In this document: piece by piece, positions 37,315-50,200 of the stretch
How the letters are laid out: every line of letters starts with the position of its first letter
Position numbering within the stretch: position 1 is the first letter of the stretch
From: Phoronis australis
Lineage: Eukaryota; Animalia; Phoronida
NCBI GenBank assembly: GCA_002633005.1
Contig: NMRA01000037.1
Coordinates: 1,296,872-1,360,871 of the forward strand
Direction: 5' to 3'
DNA: 64,000 bases
Position numbers and translations under genes: made by a program
The notes under the pieces: model-generated
Told to the model about the DNA's origin: nothing
What the model saw: only the letters and a program-made list of their open reading frames with translations
The model's database searches: none

Positions 37315-37914
37315 CTATGGCCTCAAGTTGTTGTTATAAACATAATATTAAAGGACTGTTTCTTCAAAGACACTTAAAGGTCATCAGAAAAGGTGAATTC
37401 TCCAAAGTCTGTAGTTAGAAAGGAATTTCATGTATTTATAATGCTGTTACCTTGGTAACGAAGAACTATCAATTGTTTGGTTTAGGTTACAGTGCATTTG
37501 TCACGGTTGTATAAACTGAGCATCACAGAATTTCACTTTATATTTTCATCCCAGAGATGAGCTAAGTGTACAATTCATTATGGTGTCAAGATTTCGCTTT
37601 AATACATGCCTGGCTGTTAATTGAAAGTGGCATTAGTGTCAGTACTGGTTCCTTGCAACTAAAGGGCCAGCTTCTCATTTAATTTTGGCATAACATAGAT
37701 TTATGTTGAACTTTGACCGAGATTGTTATGGTGCTTCTGCAGTTTGTCTACTGGAATCGCTGTCATTAGTTGCTTGTCTAGTTCTGTGGCTTCGGATGAA
37801 TTATCATGTCATTAGTCAAGCATTGTTCTAAACTGACAAAAGTCTCTCTCCATTGGTCTAACGTGCTACCTCTTCTTCAATAGTTGCCTGTTACCTTATT
37901 TTGTTGGGATTGTG

Positions 37915-37920
37915 AATAAA
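37915..37920 (+). terminator. candidate polyadenylation signal of the ACSS3-like gene
   Basis: AATAAA about 600 nt after the stop. Further AATAAA hexamers follow near 38012, 38092 and 38733, so the site actually used is uncertain. Confidence 0.4.
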
Positions 37921-38070
37921 GGTTTAGTTGATGTAAATTACCAAAGATGAGACTTTTCTTTATTATCCAACTGTAATTATGTATTGTTTATGATGAAGCA
38001 TAACGTAGAAAATAAATCTGAAACTAAATAAGGCGATCCAGATCCTCCCAAGGATACTATTGTTTCACGA

Positions 38071-38236
38071 AATGTAGAATATAAATCGGTAAATAAAACA
38101 ACAAGAATGGTTCAACTGAAATTTGAAATTTTCGGATGTAATAACTTCCTTTGTCAACAGAAACAAAAACAAAAAAAATTTCAAATTTCAGTTGATCCAT
38201 TCTTTTTGTTTTATTTACCGATTTATATTCTACATT
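38071..38236. repeat. long inverted repeat (62-bp arms, 42-nt loop)
   Basis: 38071-38132 and 38175-38236 are reverse complements with 2 mismatches. Confidence 0.92.
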
Positions 38237-38575
38237 ATGATGAAGCAACGCTCATATTTTGTTTAACTTCTACGTGAAATTCATTTGTGAAAACAAGAAA
38301 AAAGGATTGTAACTTAGATCCTTTACGAGTCGGATCAGATTGTAGTCTTTGGAACATGGAATGAGGGTAACACTGGTGGAATAGGTGGGATGGGGACATA
38401 TGGTGCCCAGGAATGATGGAACGACAGTCTCGCAACAAAAATTAAAGATTCATTCAGTGTCAAAGCATTTCTGTTAAGTAATAAGCAAACCAAGAGTTTC
38501 ATGAAGCTTTCAGTTGTGACCATGATGAGTGTACATAAAAGTTACACAAACTTTATTTTTTGTCCTGCAAATCAG

Positions 38576-38826
38576 CAGGGGTTGGAATTTTCCTCTTTTA
38601 AAAGGATTTCTTATCTTTTGGTTTTGATTTCCTCAATATTTGATTTCCAGGTTCTTCTTTTTCGTTTCTTTTTTATCATTATTCTGTCTTCATTCACACA
38701 AAAATATTTATTTCAGTTAAATTTTACTACACAATAAATATTTCTATCACACAAGCCTATTTATTTATGGAACGGAACACCACCTGGAAAATTTTCCTTT
38801 TTTGTCATTGGTCATTTCAAGCCCAG
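38576..38826 (+). mobile_element. degenerate relative of the 6-bp-TSD hAT-like MITE
   Basis: Ends caggggttggaattttc ... tttttgtcattggtcatttcaagcccag; flanks aatcag / cttcag. Confidence 0.6.
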
Positions 38827-38869
38827 CTTCAGGTCAGTCCTTGCACAAATTGTTGGACATGAAGAGTAT

Positions 38870-39960
38870 ATAGACTCCAGGTGGAAATTTTTTTTGACGT
38901 TTATATCTTTGGGAAACAGGTATCAGTTATTGAGATGGTGCCATCTTCCACCTTCGGATGGATTTGAGGTATTTTGCGCCACATAGTGCCCATTGTTACT
39001 GTTTTGAGTCTTGGGTATCTGTACCTCTATCACCCAAACCACTCTAAGGACAATTTTTTGTTATTGGCATATGTTATCCTACTGTGAAGAGGATAGTTGA
39101 TTTTTGGGAGTGCTGACTACTGTGGCGCCTCCAAGTGTCAGTTTTGTTCTACTTTGTAGCCATGGAGGTATTTTCTGAACTGTTTTGCAGGATCTTCATA
39201 AAATTTTAGCAAAATTAGTGCATTTATATGAAGTTCAAAACAAATGACGACTTTCATGTGGATATAACTATTGTTGTTTTTCTGTTTTCCTCTGTCTTTG
39301 AAGTTTCTTGATGTATTTTTATGAAATTTGCATCTATTTATTGAGTTGATAACACCTTTCTTTATTTAAATGGATTTGACGTAGTGCACATCACCTAATG
39401 GCCGTTTTTTTGTCAAACCACTCTAAGGGTGACTTGGCATATATGTACCTACTGTGAAGAGGATGGCTGGCGATGGTTTTTTTGACGACTCGGATTACTG
39501 CAGCGCCTCCTATTGTGACTAGTATGACACAATCTAGTGGTTGCATTACGCCTGGAGTTTGTGCTACTTTGTCCATTTTTCAACCTCTGCCTCTCTATCT
39601 GTCAAACTTGAAAGATAGAAATTGCTAGGAGTGTTAATTCCTGCCGTTAGATTCCTTCCTGTCTTAGATTTTTTGATTGGTTCGATTGCTGTGGTGGTGC
39701 CTCATAATGAAGTTTTGTTTTTTCTTACGTCCAAAACTGGCTGTGTCGCATTAGCTTCTTGCTGAATCTTTTGAAGCTGTTTACCAACTACTACAACTTC
39801 TGCAAGGATCTAACTATGATTGTGCCCTCTAGTGGCACTTTTTGCTTTAACCTTATTGTGTGTCTTTCCTTTGCTGTTTTTCATGAAACCGAGCCAATCG
39901 GTTTCTAAGTTGGGACAGACTCCATGATCTCTGTGCCACCTAACGTGCTATTTTTAGGAT
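38870..39960 (+). repeat. degenerate HINE-family tract
   Basis: Same internal motifs as HINE A-C: ttcggatggatttg, gcgccacatagtg, aaaccactctaagg, cctactgtgaagagga. Confidence 0.55.
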
Positions 39961-40760
39961 TGTTCTGAAACCCCACACCACTCGACCCAATTTCCCGTTG
40001 ACCCATGACAAACTTAGGGAGAGTGTACATTAAATACATAATTTTATCATTTTATTATTTGCTTTACATTGTATACTTGTTTACAATACTCCATATAATG
40101 TTGAAGTCTTTAGTTAACAATTTGTTTTGTCAAACTGTGTTTACTGGTGAAATTACAGTTTTGTCGGTTCCTCGCACTCTGCAATTCACTAAAGAGCAGA
40201 CGAGATGATAACACTCTGCTGGGAACGACATTTGCAAGGTTGGTACATGTAGGTCATGTTTTTATTGTGTTTGGCTTTCAAACTTGCCAAATCGACTGCC
40301 TGAATTGCAAAAAACGGAAAAGCCAGCAGAGCTCAGAGCCCAACTCTGTGCTTGTTCTATGTTCATATCATTTCCCAGCGAGCTTATGTATAGACGGGGT
40401 TGAGTGGGTTGTTGGTCGAGAGGGTTGGGGGTTGAGGAGTGTGGGGTCGTGGGGGTTTCAGAACAATCCCTATTTTTATCATATTGATCTATGCATCAAA
40501 GTCTCAGGGAATCGTTAGGAAAATTGGCAGATGTGATCGTAGTGGTAGGAGCACGACTCTACTTATATTTTTAGTGCTCCGTTTGCTCCTAAAATGTTTT
40601 ATTTTTACTCTGAAAATTTTTACCTATCAAAATATTGTTGCATAATCAGGAAAAATGTGCAAACATGAGTGTGATTATGTAAGGTGTTCACACGTATTTT
40701 GGCCTTTCCACCCACCATATACGCAGATCAATTAGCTGTGTGAGCCCATGTCTGAAACAC

Positions 40761-40915
40761 CAGTGGCGAATTTAAGGGGGGGGGGGGGGTTGGCTCCCCT
40801 TAAATTATCCCAGACTCCATTTGGCAGTTTGGGGTGCGAATGCCTGACGGGCAAAATCTGATCCTGGCGAATACTCTTCCCTGTCCCCCAACTCAAAATC
40901 CTGGATCCGCCCCTG
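40761..40915. mobile_element. small hAT5-like MITE
   Basis: TIR CAGTGGCGAAT / ATCCGCCCCTG, a G-run, and flanks aacac / aactc (4/5 match). Confidence 0.65.
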
Positions 40916-41196
40916 AACTCATGGGTGAAGTCATGGAAATGTATTTAGAAAATCATTTGAAAGTTTTGATTTATCGTTCCCAGGCTTGCATGTATCTTTT
41001 GAGAATTAAGCTACCACAGAGATTGTCACAATGTTCCGTGAAACTGGATTTCAATGTGTGTCACACGAAAGAAATTTGAAGTGAAATAATTATGAAATGA
41101 GACAAGTTTGGGTGTTTGTAATGTATTATTGATTGAAATGCCGTTGTGCTGGTCTTCTTAGTTGTCATAAAATCACACAGTCTTAATTTCACAGAA

Positions 41197-41202
41197 TTTA
41201 TT
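41197..41202 (-). terminator. candidate polyadenylation signal of the galaxin-like gene
   Basis: AATAAA on the - strand about 95 nt downstream of the stop codon. Confidence 0.55.
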
Positions 41203-41295
41203 TTAAACAGAATGTTTCGAGGTACGTTCAATTTTATAATTTGTAGTTGCTCACTTGCTTCTGTGCTGATGTCATCTAAACATGACTATGTGTAG

Positions 41296-44200
41296 CTAAG
41301 GTTCACATTTCCCTTCTTTGATGACACCGTAGCAACATGACTGTGTATGACGGTCGTAAGGTGTGCCTTTGCAACAGCCATATTTATTCCCATCATATAT
41401 CACGCCGCTGCAGCAAATTTGCTGAGACTTGGAATACTCGGTACCATTACAACAGCCATACTTGGAGCCATCAACTACCTTACTGCCACAGCATATGTCG
41501 GACATGAAGTTGAATACGCCTTCGTTACAGCACTTGGTTGTCCATCTCGACTCAACAACACCATTACAGCATACATAATACTTGGGACTCTTCCAAATAA
41601 CTTGTTCGTTGCAGCATATTGCCTTCATCCAGTTGTATACTTTTCCTCCGCAGCATGTGTACCATACAGACTCCCACTTGTGTACGTAATGTTCACCTTC
41701 ACAACAAACGTCATCCTCTTTCAAATATTCTTCTCCCTTGCAACACCCGTACACTGTAGCGTTCAGTACCTTATCTTTGCAGCAAACACTATCGTCTACT
41801 CTGTAGGGAACATTGTAGCAGCACTGGTATTCAGAACTGTTAAACACTTTACCATCGCAGCAAACTTCATTGTCAGGTTGATAAGGCACCTGGTTGCAGC
41901 AGCTGTATGTTTTTCTAGGTTTCACAGTATTTCCGCAGCATATTTCCAACTTTTTGTGTTGCACGTGATTTCCACAGCAAGTGTAGTTTTCCTTACTGGC
42001 AATAGTGTCTCCGCAGCACACTTCCGTGTCAAAGTCGTAGGGTTCATCCCCGCAACATCCCTTTTCTTTTATGTCTATCGGCTGTGAATTGCAGCATACT
42101 TCTGTAGCAAGATCGTATAATTTACCATTGCAACACCCTTGTGTAGACTGTGTGCCCACGCTACCTCCACAGCAGATTTGGAATGTCACGTTGTATCCCA
42201 CATCTTGGCAACATGCATGATCATTTGCATAATAGACAGTATCGCCGCAGCAGATGTATTTGTGAATTTCATACGGTGTGTTGTTGCAACACTCATAGTT
42301 GCTGCTCTTCTTCACTTGGTCTCCACAGCATAACTCTACTTGCTTTTCAAAAGGCTTTCCATTACAGCAGGAATACTTTATTGCATCATATATTTTACTA
42401 CCGCAACAAATATCAGTGCTGAAATCATACGGGATGCCATCACAGCAACCACTGTCACTCTTAGAAATAACTTTAGTCCCGCAGCACTGTTCAAGTTGCG
42501 TGTCGTATGGAGCATCATTACAGCAGGCATGATTTGACGATGACTTCAAAGTCTCCCCACAACAAACATAGTTGAAGGAATCGTACGGCACATTACCACA
42601 ACACGCATCATCATTCTGAGCTCCCAGTTTTTCTTCTCCACAACAAACACTAGAGTCAATATCATATGCCACTTGACCACAACAACCAGTATTGTCGCCT
42701 CTAGAGAACACAGTTCCACAACAAATTTCTGAACCTGAATTGTATGGTTTGTCATCACAGCACGAATCGTCGTCAGTGCTACCTAAGTTGCTATGACAAC
42801 AGACAAGGCTGGCTGTGTCATACGGATCTATATCACAACACGCATTGCCCAGACCTACATTTTCATTCCCGCAACAAATGCTTGTGGAGGAATTATAGGC
42901 CGTTTTCCCACAACAACTGTCAAAGTTCGATTTCTGGTATACAGATGTGCCGCAACAAATTTCGTCAGTTGAGCTATATGACTCGTCATCACAACAACTA
43001 TCATCACCTGGATCGCCTACTACGTTGTGGCAGCAGACAAGTTTAGATGAGTCATATGGTTGTGTCTCGCAGCACGAATCACCTTCACCTACGTTTTGCG
43101 CTCCACAACAAATATGTGTTGCTGATGCATATGGCTGAGTGCCACAGCAACTATCGAAAGAGGATTTCAGATACACTTCTGTACCACAACAAATGGAAGT
43201 GCTGGAATCGTATGGATCATCGTCACAGCAAGAGTCATCTCCGGCATCACCTAATACATTATGACAGCAGATGAGTTTGGCTGTGTCATATGGAGCTTGA
43301 TCACAACACGCATTGCCCAGGCCAACATTTTCATTCCCGCAACAAATGCTTGTGGAGGAATCATATGCCGTTTGCCCACAACAACTGTCAAAGTCTGATT
43401 TTTGGTATACTGTTGTGCCGCAACAAATTTCGTTGGTCATGTTGTATGACTCGTCATCACAACAACTATCATCACCTGTATCGCCTACTACGTTGTGGCA
43501 ACAGACAAGTTTAGAAGAGTCGTATGGTTGTTTCTCGCAGCACGAATCACCTTCACCTACGTTTTGCGCTCCACAACAAATATGTGTTGCTGATGCATAT
43601 GGCTGATGGTCACAGCAACTATCGTAAGAGGATTTCAGATACACTTCTGTGCCACAACAAATGGAAGTGGTGGAATCGTATGGATCATCGTCACAGCAAG
43701 AGTCATCTCCGGCATCACCTAATACACTGTGACAACAGACAAGTTTGGCTGTGTCATATGGAACTTTATCACAACACATATTACCCAAGTCTACCCTTTC
43801 ATTCCCGCAACAAATGCTTGTGGAGGAATTATAGCCCACATGTCCACAACAACTGTCAAAGTCTGATTTCTGGTATACAGTTGTGCCACAACAAATTTCA
43901 TCAGTTGAGCTATATGACTCGTCGTCACAACAACTATCATCACCTGGATCGCCTACTACGTTGTGGCAGCAGACAAGTTTAGATGAGTCATATGGTTGTG
44001 TCTCACAGCACGAATCTCCTTCACCTACGTTTTGCGCTCCACAACAAATATGTGTCGCTGATGCATATGGCTGAGTGCCACAGCAACTATCGAAAGAGGA
44101 TTTCAGATACACTTCTGTACCACAGCAAATGGAAGTCCTGGAATCGTATGGATCTTCGTCACAGCAAGAGTCATCTCCGGCATCACCTAATACATTATGA

Positions 44201-47200
44201 CAACAGACGAGTTTGGCTGTGTCATATGGAGCTTTATCACAGCATGCATTGCCCAGGCCTACATTTTCATTCCCGCAACAAATGCTTGTGGAGGAATCGT
44301 ATGCCGTTTGCCCACAACAACTGTCGAAGTCTGATTTCTGGTATACAGTTGTGCCGCAACAAATTTCGTTGGTCATGTTGTATGACTCGTCATCACAACA
44401 ACTATCATCACCTGTATCGCCTACTACGTTGTGGCAACAGACAAGTTTAGAAGAGTCATATGGTTGTTTCTCGCAGCACGAATCACCTTCACCTACGTTT
44501 TGCGCTCCACAACAAATATGTGTTGCTGATGCATATGGCTGATGGTCACAGCAACTATCGTAAGAGGATTTCAGATACACTTCTGTGCCACAACAAATGG
44601 AAGTGGTGGAATCGTATGGATCATCGTCACAGCAAGAGTCATCTCCGGCATCACCTAATACACTGTGACAACAGACAAGTTTGGCTGTGTCATATGGAAC
44701 TTTATCACAACACATATTACCCAAGTCTACCCTTTCATTCCCGCAACAAATGCTTGTGGAAGAATTATAGCCCACATGTCCACAACAACTGTCAAAGTCT
44801 GATTTCTGGTATACAGTTGTGCCACAACAAATTTCATCAGTTGAGCTATATGACTCGTCGTCACAACAACTATCATCACCTGGATCGCCTACTACGTTGT
44901 GGCAGCAGACAAGTTTAGATGAGTCATATGGTTGTGTCTCACAGCACGAATCTCCTTCACCTACGTTTTGCGCTCCACAACAAATATGTGTTGCTGATGC
45001 ATATGGCTGAGTGCCACAGCAACTATCGAAAGAGGATTTCAGATACACTTCTGTGCCACAACAAATGGAAGTGCTGGAATCGTATGGATCATCGTCACAG
45101 CAAGAGTCATCTCCGGCATCACCTAATACATTATGACAACAGACGAGTTTGGCTGTGTCATATGGAGCTTGATCACAACACGCATTGCCCAGGCCAACAT
45201 TTTCATTCCCGCAACAAATGCTTGTGGAGGAATCATATGCCGTTCGCCCACAACAACTGTCAAAGCCTGATTTCTGGTATACAGTTGTGCCACAACAAAT
45301 TTCATCAGTTGAGCTATATGACTCGTCATCACAACAACTATCATCACCTGGATCGCCTACTACGTTGTGGCAGCAGACAAGTTTAGAAGAGTCATATGGT
45401 TGTGTTTCACAGCACGAATCTCCTTCACCTACGTTTTGCGCTCCACAACAAATATGTGTTGCTGATGCATATGGCTGAGTGCCACAGCAACTATCAAAAG
45501 AGGATTTCAGATACACTTCTGCACCACAACAAATGGAAGTGCTGGAATCGTATGGATCATCATCACAGCAAGAGTCATCTCCAGCATCACCTAATACATT
45601 ATGACAACAGACGAGTTTGGCTGTGTCATATGGAGCTTTATCACAGCATGCATTGCCCAGGCCTACATTTTCATTACCACAACAAATGCTTGTGGAGGAA
45701 TCATATGCCGTTTGCCCACAACAACTGTCAAAGTCTGACTTCTGGTATACTGTTGTGCCGCAACAAATTTCGTTGGTCATGTTGTATGACTCGTCATCAC
45801 AACAACTATCATCACCTGTATCCCCTACTACGTTGTGGCAACAGACAAGTTTAGAAGAGTCGTATGGTTGTTTCTCGCAGCACGAATCACCTTCACCTAC
45901 GTTTTGTGCTCCACAACAAATATGTGTTGCTGATGCATATGGCTGATGGTCACAGCAACTATCGTAAGAGGATTTCAGATACACTTCTGTGCCACAACAA
46001 ATGGAAGTGGTGGAATCGTATGGATCATCGTCACAGCAAGAGTCATCTCCGGCATCACCTAATACACTGTGACAACAGACAAGTTTGGCTGTGTCATATG
46101 GAACTTTATCACAACACATATTACCCAGGTCTACCCTTTCATTCCCGCAACAAATGCTTGTGGAGGAATTATAGCCTACATGTCCACAACAACTGTCAAA
46201 GTCTGATTTCTGGTATACAGTTGTGCCACAACAAATTTCATCAGTTGAGCTATATGACTCGTCATCACAACAACTATCATCACCTGGATCGCCTATGACG
46301 TTGTGGCAACAGACAAGTTTAGAAGAGTCGTATGGTTGTTTCTCGCAGCACGAATCACCTTCACCTACGTTTTGGGCTCCACAACAAATATGTGTTGCTG
46401 ATGCATATGGCTGGTGGTCACAGCAACTATCGTAAGAGGATTTCAGATACACTTCTGTGCCACAACAAATGGAAGTGGTGGAATCGTATGGATCATCGTC
46501 ACAGCAAGAGTCATCATTGACATCACCTAATACACTGTGACAACAGACAAGTTTGGCTGTGTCATATGGAACTTCATCACAACACATATTACCCAGGTCT
46601 ACCCTTTCATTCCCGCAACAAATGCTTGTGGAGGAATTATAACCTACATGTCCACAACAACTGTCAAGGTCTGATTTCTGGTATACAGTTGTGCCACAAC
46701 AAATTTCATCAGTTGAGCTATATGACTCGTCATCACAACAACTATCATCACCTGGATCGCCTACTACGTTGTGGCAGCAGACAAGTTTCGATGAGTCATA
46801 TGGTAGTGTCTCGCAGCACGAATCACCTTCACCTACGTTTTGCGCTCCACAACAAATATGTGTTGCTGATGCATATGGCTGAGTGCCACAGCAACTATCG
46901 AAAGAAGATTTCAGATACACTTCTGTACCACAACAAATGGAAGTGCTGGAATCGTATGGATCATCGTCACAGCAAGAGTCATCTCCGGCATCACCTAATA
47001 CATTATGGCAACAGATGAGTTTGGCTGTGTCATATGGAGCTTTGTCACAGCATGCATTGCCCAGGCCTACATTTTCATTCCCGCAACAAATGTTTGTGGA
47101 GGAATCATATGCCGTTTGCCCACAACAACTGTCAAAGTCTGATTTCTGGTATACTGTTGTGCCGCAACAAATTTCGCTGGTCATGTTGTATGACTCGTCA

Positions 47201-50200
47201 TCACAACAACTATCATCACCTGTATCGCCTACTACATTGTGGCAACAGACAAGTTTAGAAGAGTCGTATGGTTGTTTCTCGCAGCACGAATCACCTTCAC
47301 CTACGTTTTGCGCTCCACAACAAATATGTGTTGTTGATTGGTATGCCTGACTGCCACAGCAACTATCAAAAGAGGATTTCAGATACACTGTTTTATTGCA
47401 ACAAATAGAAGTGCTGGAATCATATGGATCATCCCCACAACATGAGTCATCAGTGTCACTCCCTAAGTTACTATGACAGCAGATAAGTTGTGATGAGTCG
47501 TATGGCTCCTTTGAACAACAAGAATCACCCTTACCAACTTTCTCAAAACCACAGCATACACTGTCAGAAGTATTATACCCCTTGGATCCACAGCAAGCGT
47601 CAGCCTGTTCCCTCTTGAACAGGTAGGTTCCGCAACAGATCATCTCAGCACAGTTGTACGGTATCTTACCACAGCACGCATCGTCGTCCTTCATCCCGAC
47701 TACTTCTGTTGAACAACACACATTTTGTTCACTATTGTAAGGCTCCTTTCCACAGCAGGCATTGTCGTGGTCTTCTCCAACTATCTCTTGGCCACAGCAA
47801 ATTGTAATCTTACTGTTGTATGCTACACGTCCACAGCATGAGTCGTACTCTGCTTTGCTATACGTTTTGGATCCACAACAAATTTCGGATGCAGAACTGT
47901 ACGGGTCATTGTCACAACAAGAGTCGTCCCCAGCAGCACCTAATACATTATGACAACAGACGAGTTTGGCTGTGTCATATGGAGCTTTATCACAGCATGC
48001 ATTGCCCAGGCCTACATTTTCATTCCCGCAACAAATGCTTGTGGAGGAATCATATGCCGTTTGCCCACAACAACTGTCAAAGTCTGATTTCTGGTATACA
48101 GTTGTGCCACAACAAATTTCATCAGTGGAGCTATATGACTCGTCATCACAACAACTATCATCTCCTGGATCGCCTACTACATTGTGGCAGCAGACAAGTT
48201 TGGATGAGTCATATGGTTGTGTCTCGCAGCACGAATCTCCTTCACCTACATTTTGCGCTCCACAACAAATATGTGTTGCTGATGCATATGGCAGAGTGCC
48301 ACAGCAACTATCGAAAGAGGATTTCAGATACACTTCTGTACCACAACAAATGGAAGTGCTGGAATCGTATGGATCATCATCACAGCAAGAGTCATCTCCG
48401 GCATCACCTAATACATTATGACAACAGACGATTTTGGCTGTGTCATATGGAACTTTTTCACAGCATGCGTTGCCCAGGCCTACATTTTCATTCCCGCAAC
48501 AAATGCTTGTGGAGGAATCATATGCCGTTTGCCCACAACAACTGTCAAAGTCTGATTTCTGGTATACAGTTGTGCCACAACAAATTTCGTTGGTCATGTT
48601 ATATGACTCGTCATCACAACAACTATCATCTCCTGGATCGCCTACTACATTGTGGCAGCAGACAAGTTTAGATGAGTCATATGGTTGTGTCTCACAGCAC
48701 GAATCACCTTCACCTACGTTTTGTGCTCCACAACAAATATGTGTTGCTGATGCATATGGCTGAGTGCCACAGCAACTATCGAAAGAGGATTTCAGATACA
48801 CTTCTGTACCACAACAAATGGAAGTGCTGGAATCGTATGGATCATCGTCACAGCAAGAGTCATCTCCGGCATCACCCAATACATTATGACAACAGACGAG
48901 TTTCGCTGTGTCATATGGGGCTTTATCACAGCATGCGCTTCCCAGGCCTACATTTTCATTCCCGCAACAAATGCTTGTGGAGGAATCATATGCCGTTTGC
49001 CCACAACAACTGTCAAAGTCTGATTTCTGGTATACAGTTGTGCCGCAACAAATTTCGTTGGTCATGTTATATGACTGGTCATCACAACAACTATCATCAC
49101 CTGGATCGCCTACTATGTTGTGGCAACAGACAAGTTTAGATGAGTCGTATGGTTGTTTCTCGCAGCACGAATCACCTTCACCTACGTTTTGCGCTCCACA
49201 ACAAATATGTGTTGCTGATGCATATGGCTGATGGTCACAGCAACTATCGAAAGAGGATTTCAGATACACTTCTGTGCCACAACAAATGGAAGTGCTGGAA
49301 TCGTATGGATTATCGTCACAGCAAGAGTCATCTCCGGCATCACCTAATACACTGTGACAACAGACAAGTTTGGCTGTGTCATATGGAACTTGATCACAAC
49401 ACATGTTACCCAGGTCTACCCTTTCATTCCCGCAACAAATGCTTGTGGAGGAATTATAGGCCGCATGTCCACAACAACTGTCAAAGTCTGATTTCTGGTA
49501 TACAGTTGTGCCACAACAAATTTCATCAGTTGAGCTATATGACTCGTCATCACAACAGCTATCATCACCTGGATCGCCTACTACGTTGTGGCAGCAGACA
49601 AGTTTAGATGAGTCATATGGTTGTGTCTCGCAGCACGAATCACCTTCACCTACGTTTTGCGCTCCACAACAAATATGTGTTGCTGATGCATATGGCTGAG
49701 TGCCACAGCAACTATCGAAAGAGGATTTGAGATACACTTCTGTGCCACAACAAATGGAAGTGCTGGAATCATATGGATCATCGTCACAGCAAGAGTCGTC
49801 TCCGGCATCACCTAATACATTATGACAACAGACGAGTTTGGCTGTGTCATATGGAGCTTGATCACAACAGGCATTGCCCAGGCCAACATTTTCATTCCCA
49901 CAACAAATGCTTGTGGAGGAATCATATGCCGTTTGCCCACAACAACTGTCAAAGTCTGATTTCTGGTATACAGTTGTGCCACAGCAAATTTCATCAGTTG
50001 AGCTATATGACTCGTCATCACAACAACTATCATCACCTGGATCGCCTACTACGTTGTGGCAGCAGACAAGTTTCGATGAGTCATATGGTTGTGTCTCGCA
50101 GCACGAATCACCTTCACCTACGTTTTGCGCTCCACAACAAATATGTGTTGCTGATGCATATGGCTGAGTGGCACAGCAACTATCGAAAGAGGATTTCAGA

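Noticed and set aside
40395-40456. G-run clusters as functional G-quadruplexes (also ~33388-33436)
   Set aside because: Irregular low-complexity runs, with no supporting evidence available from sequence alone.
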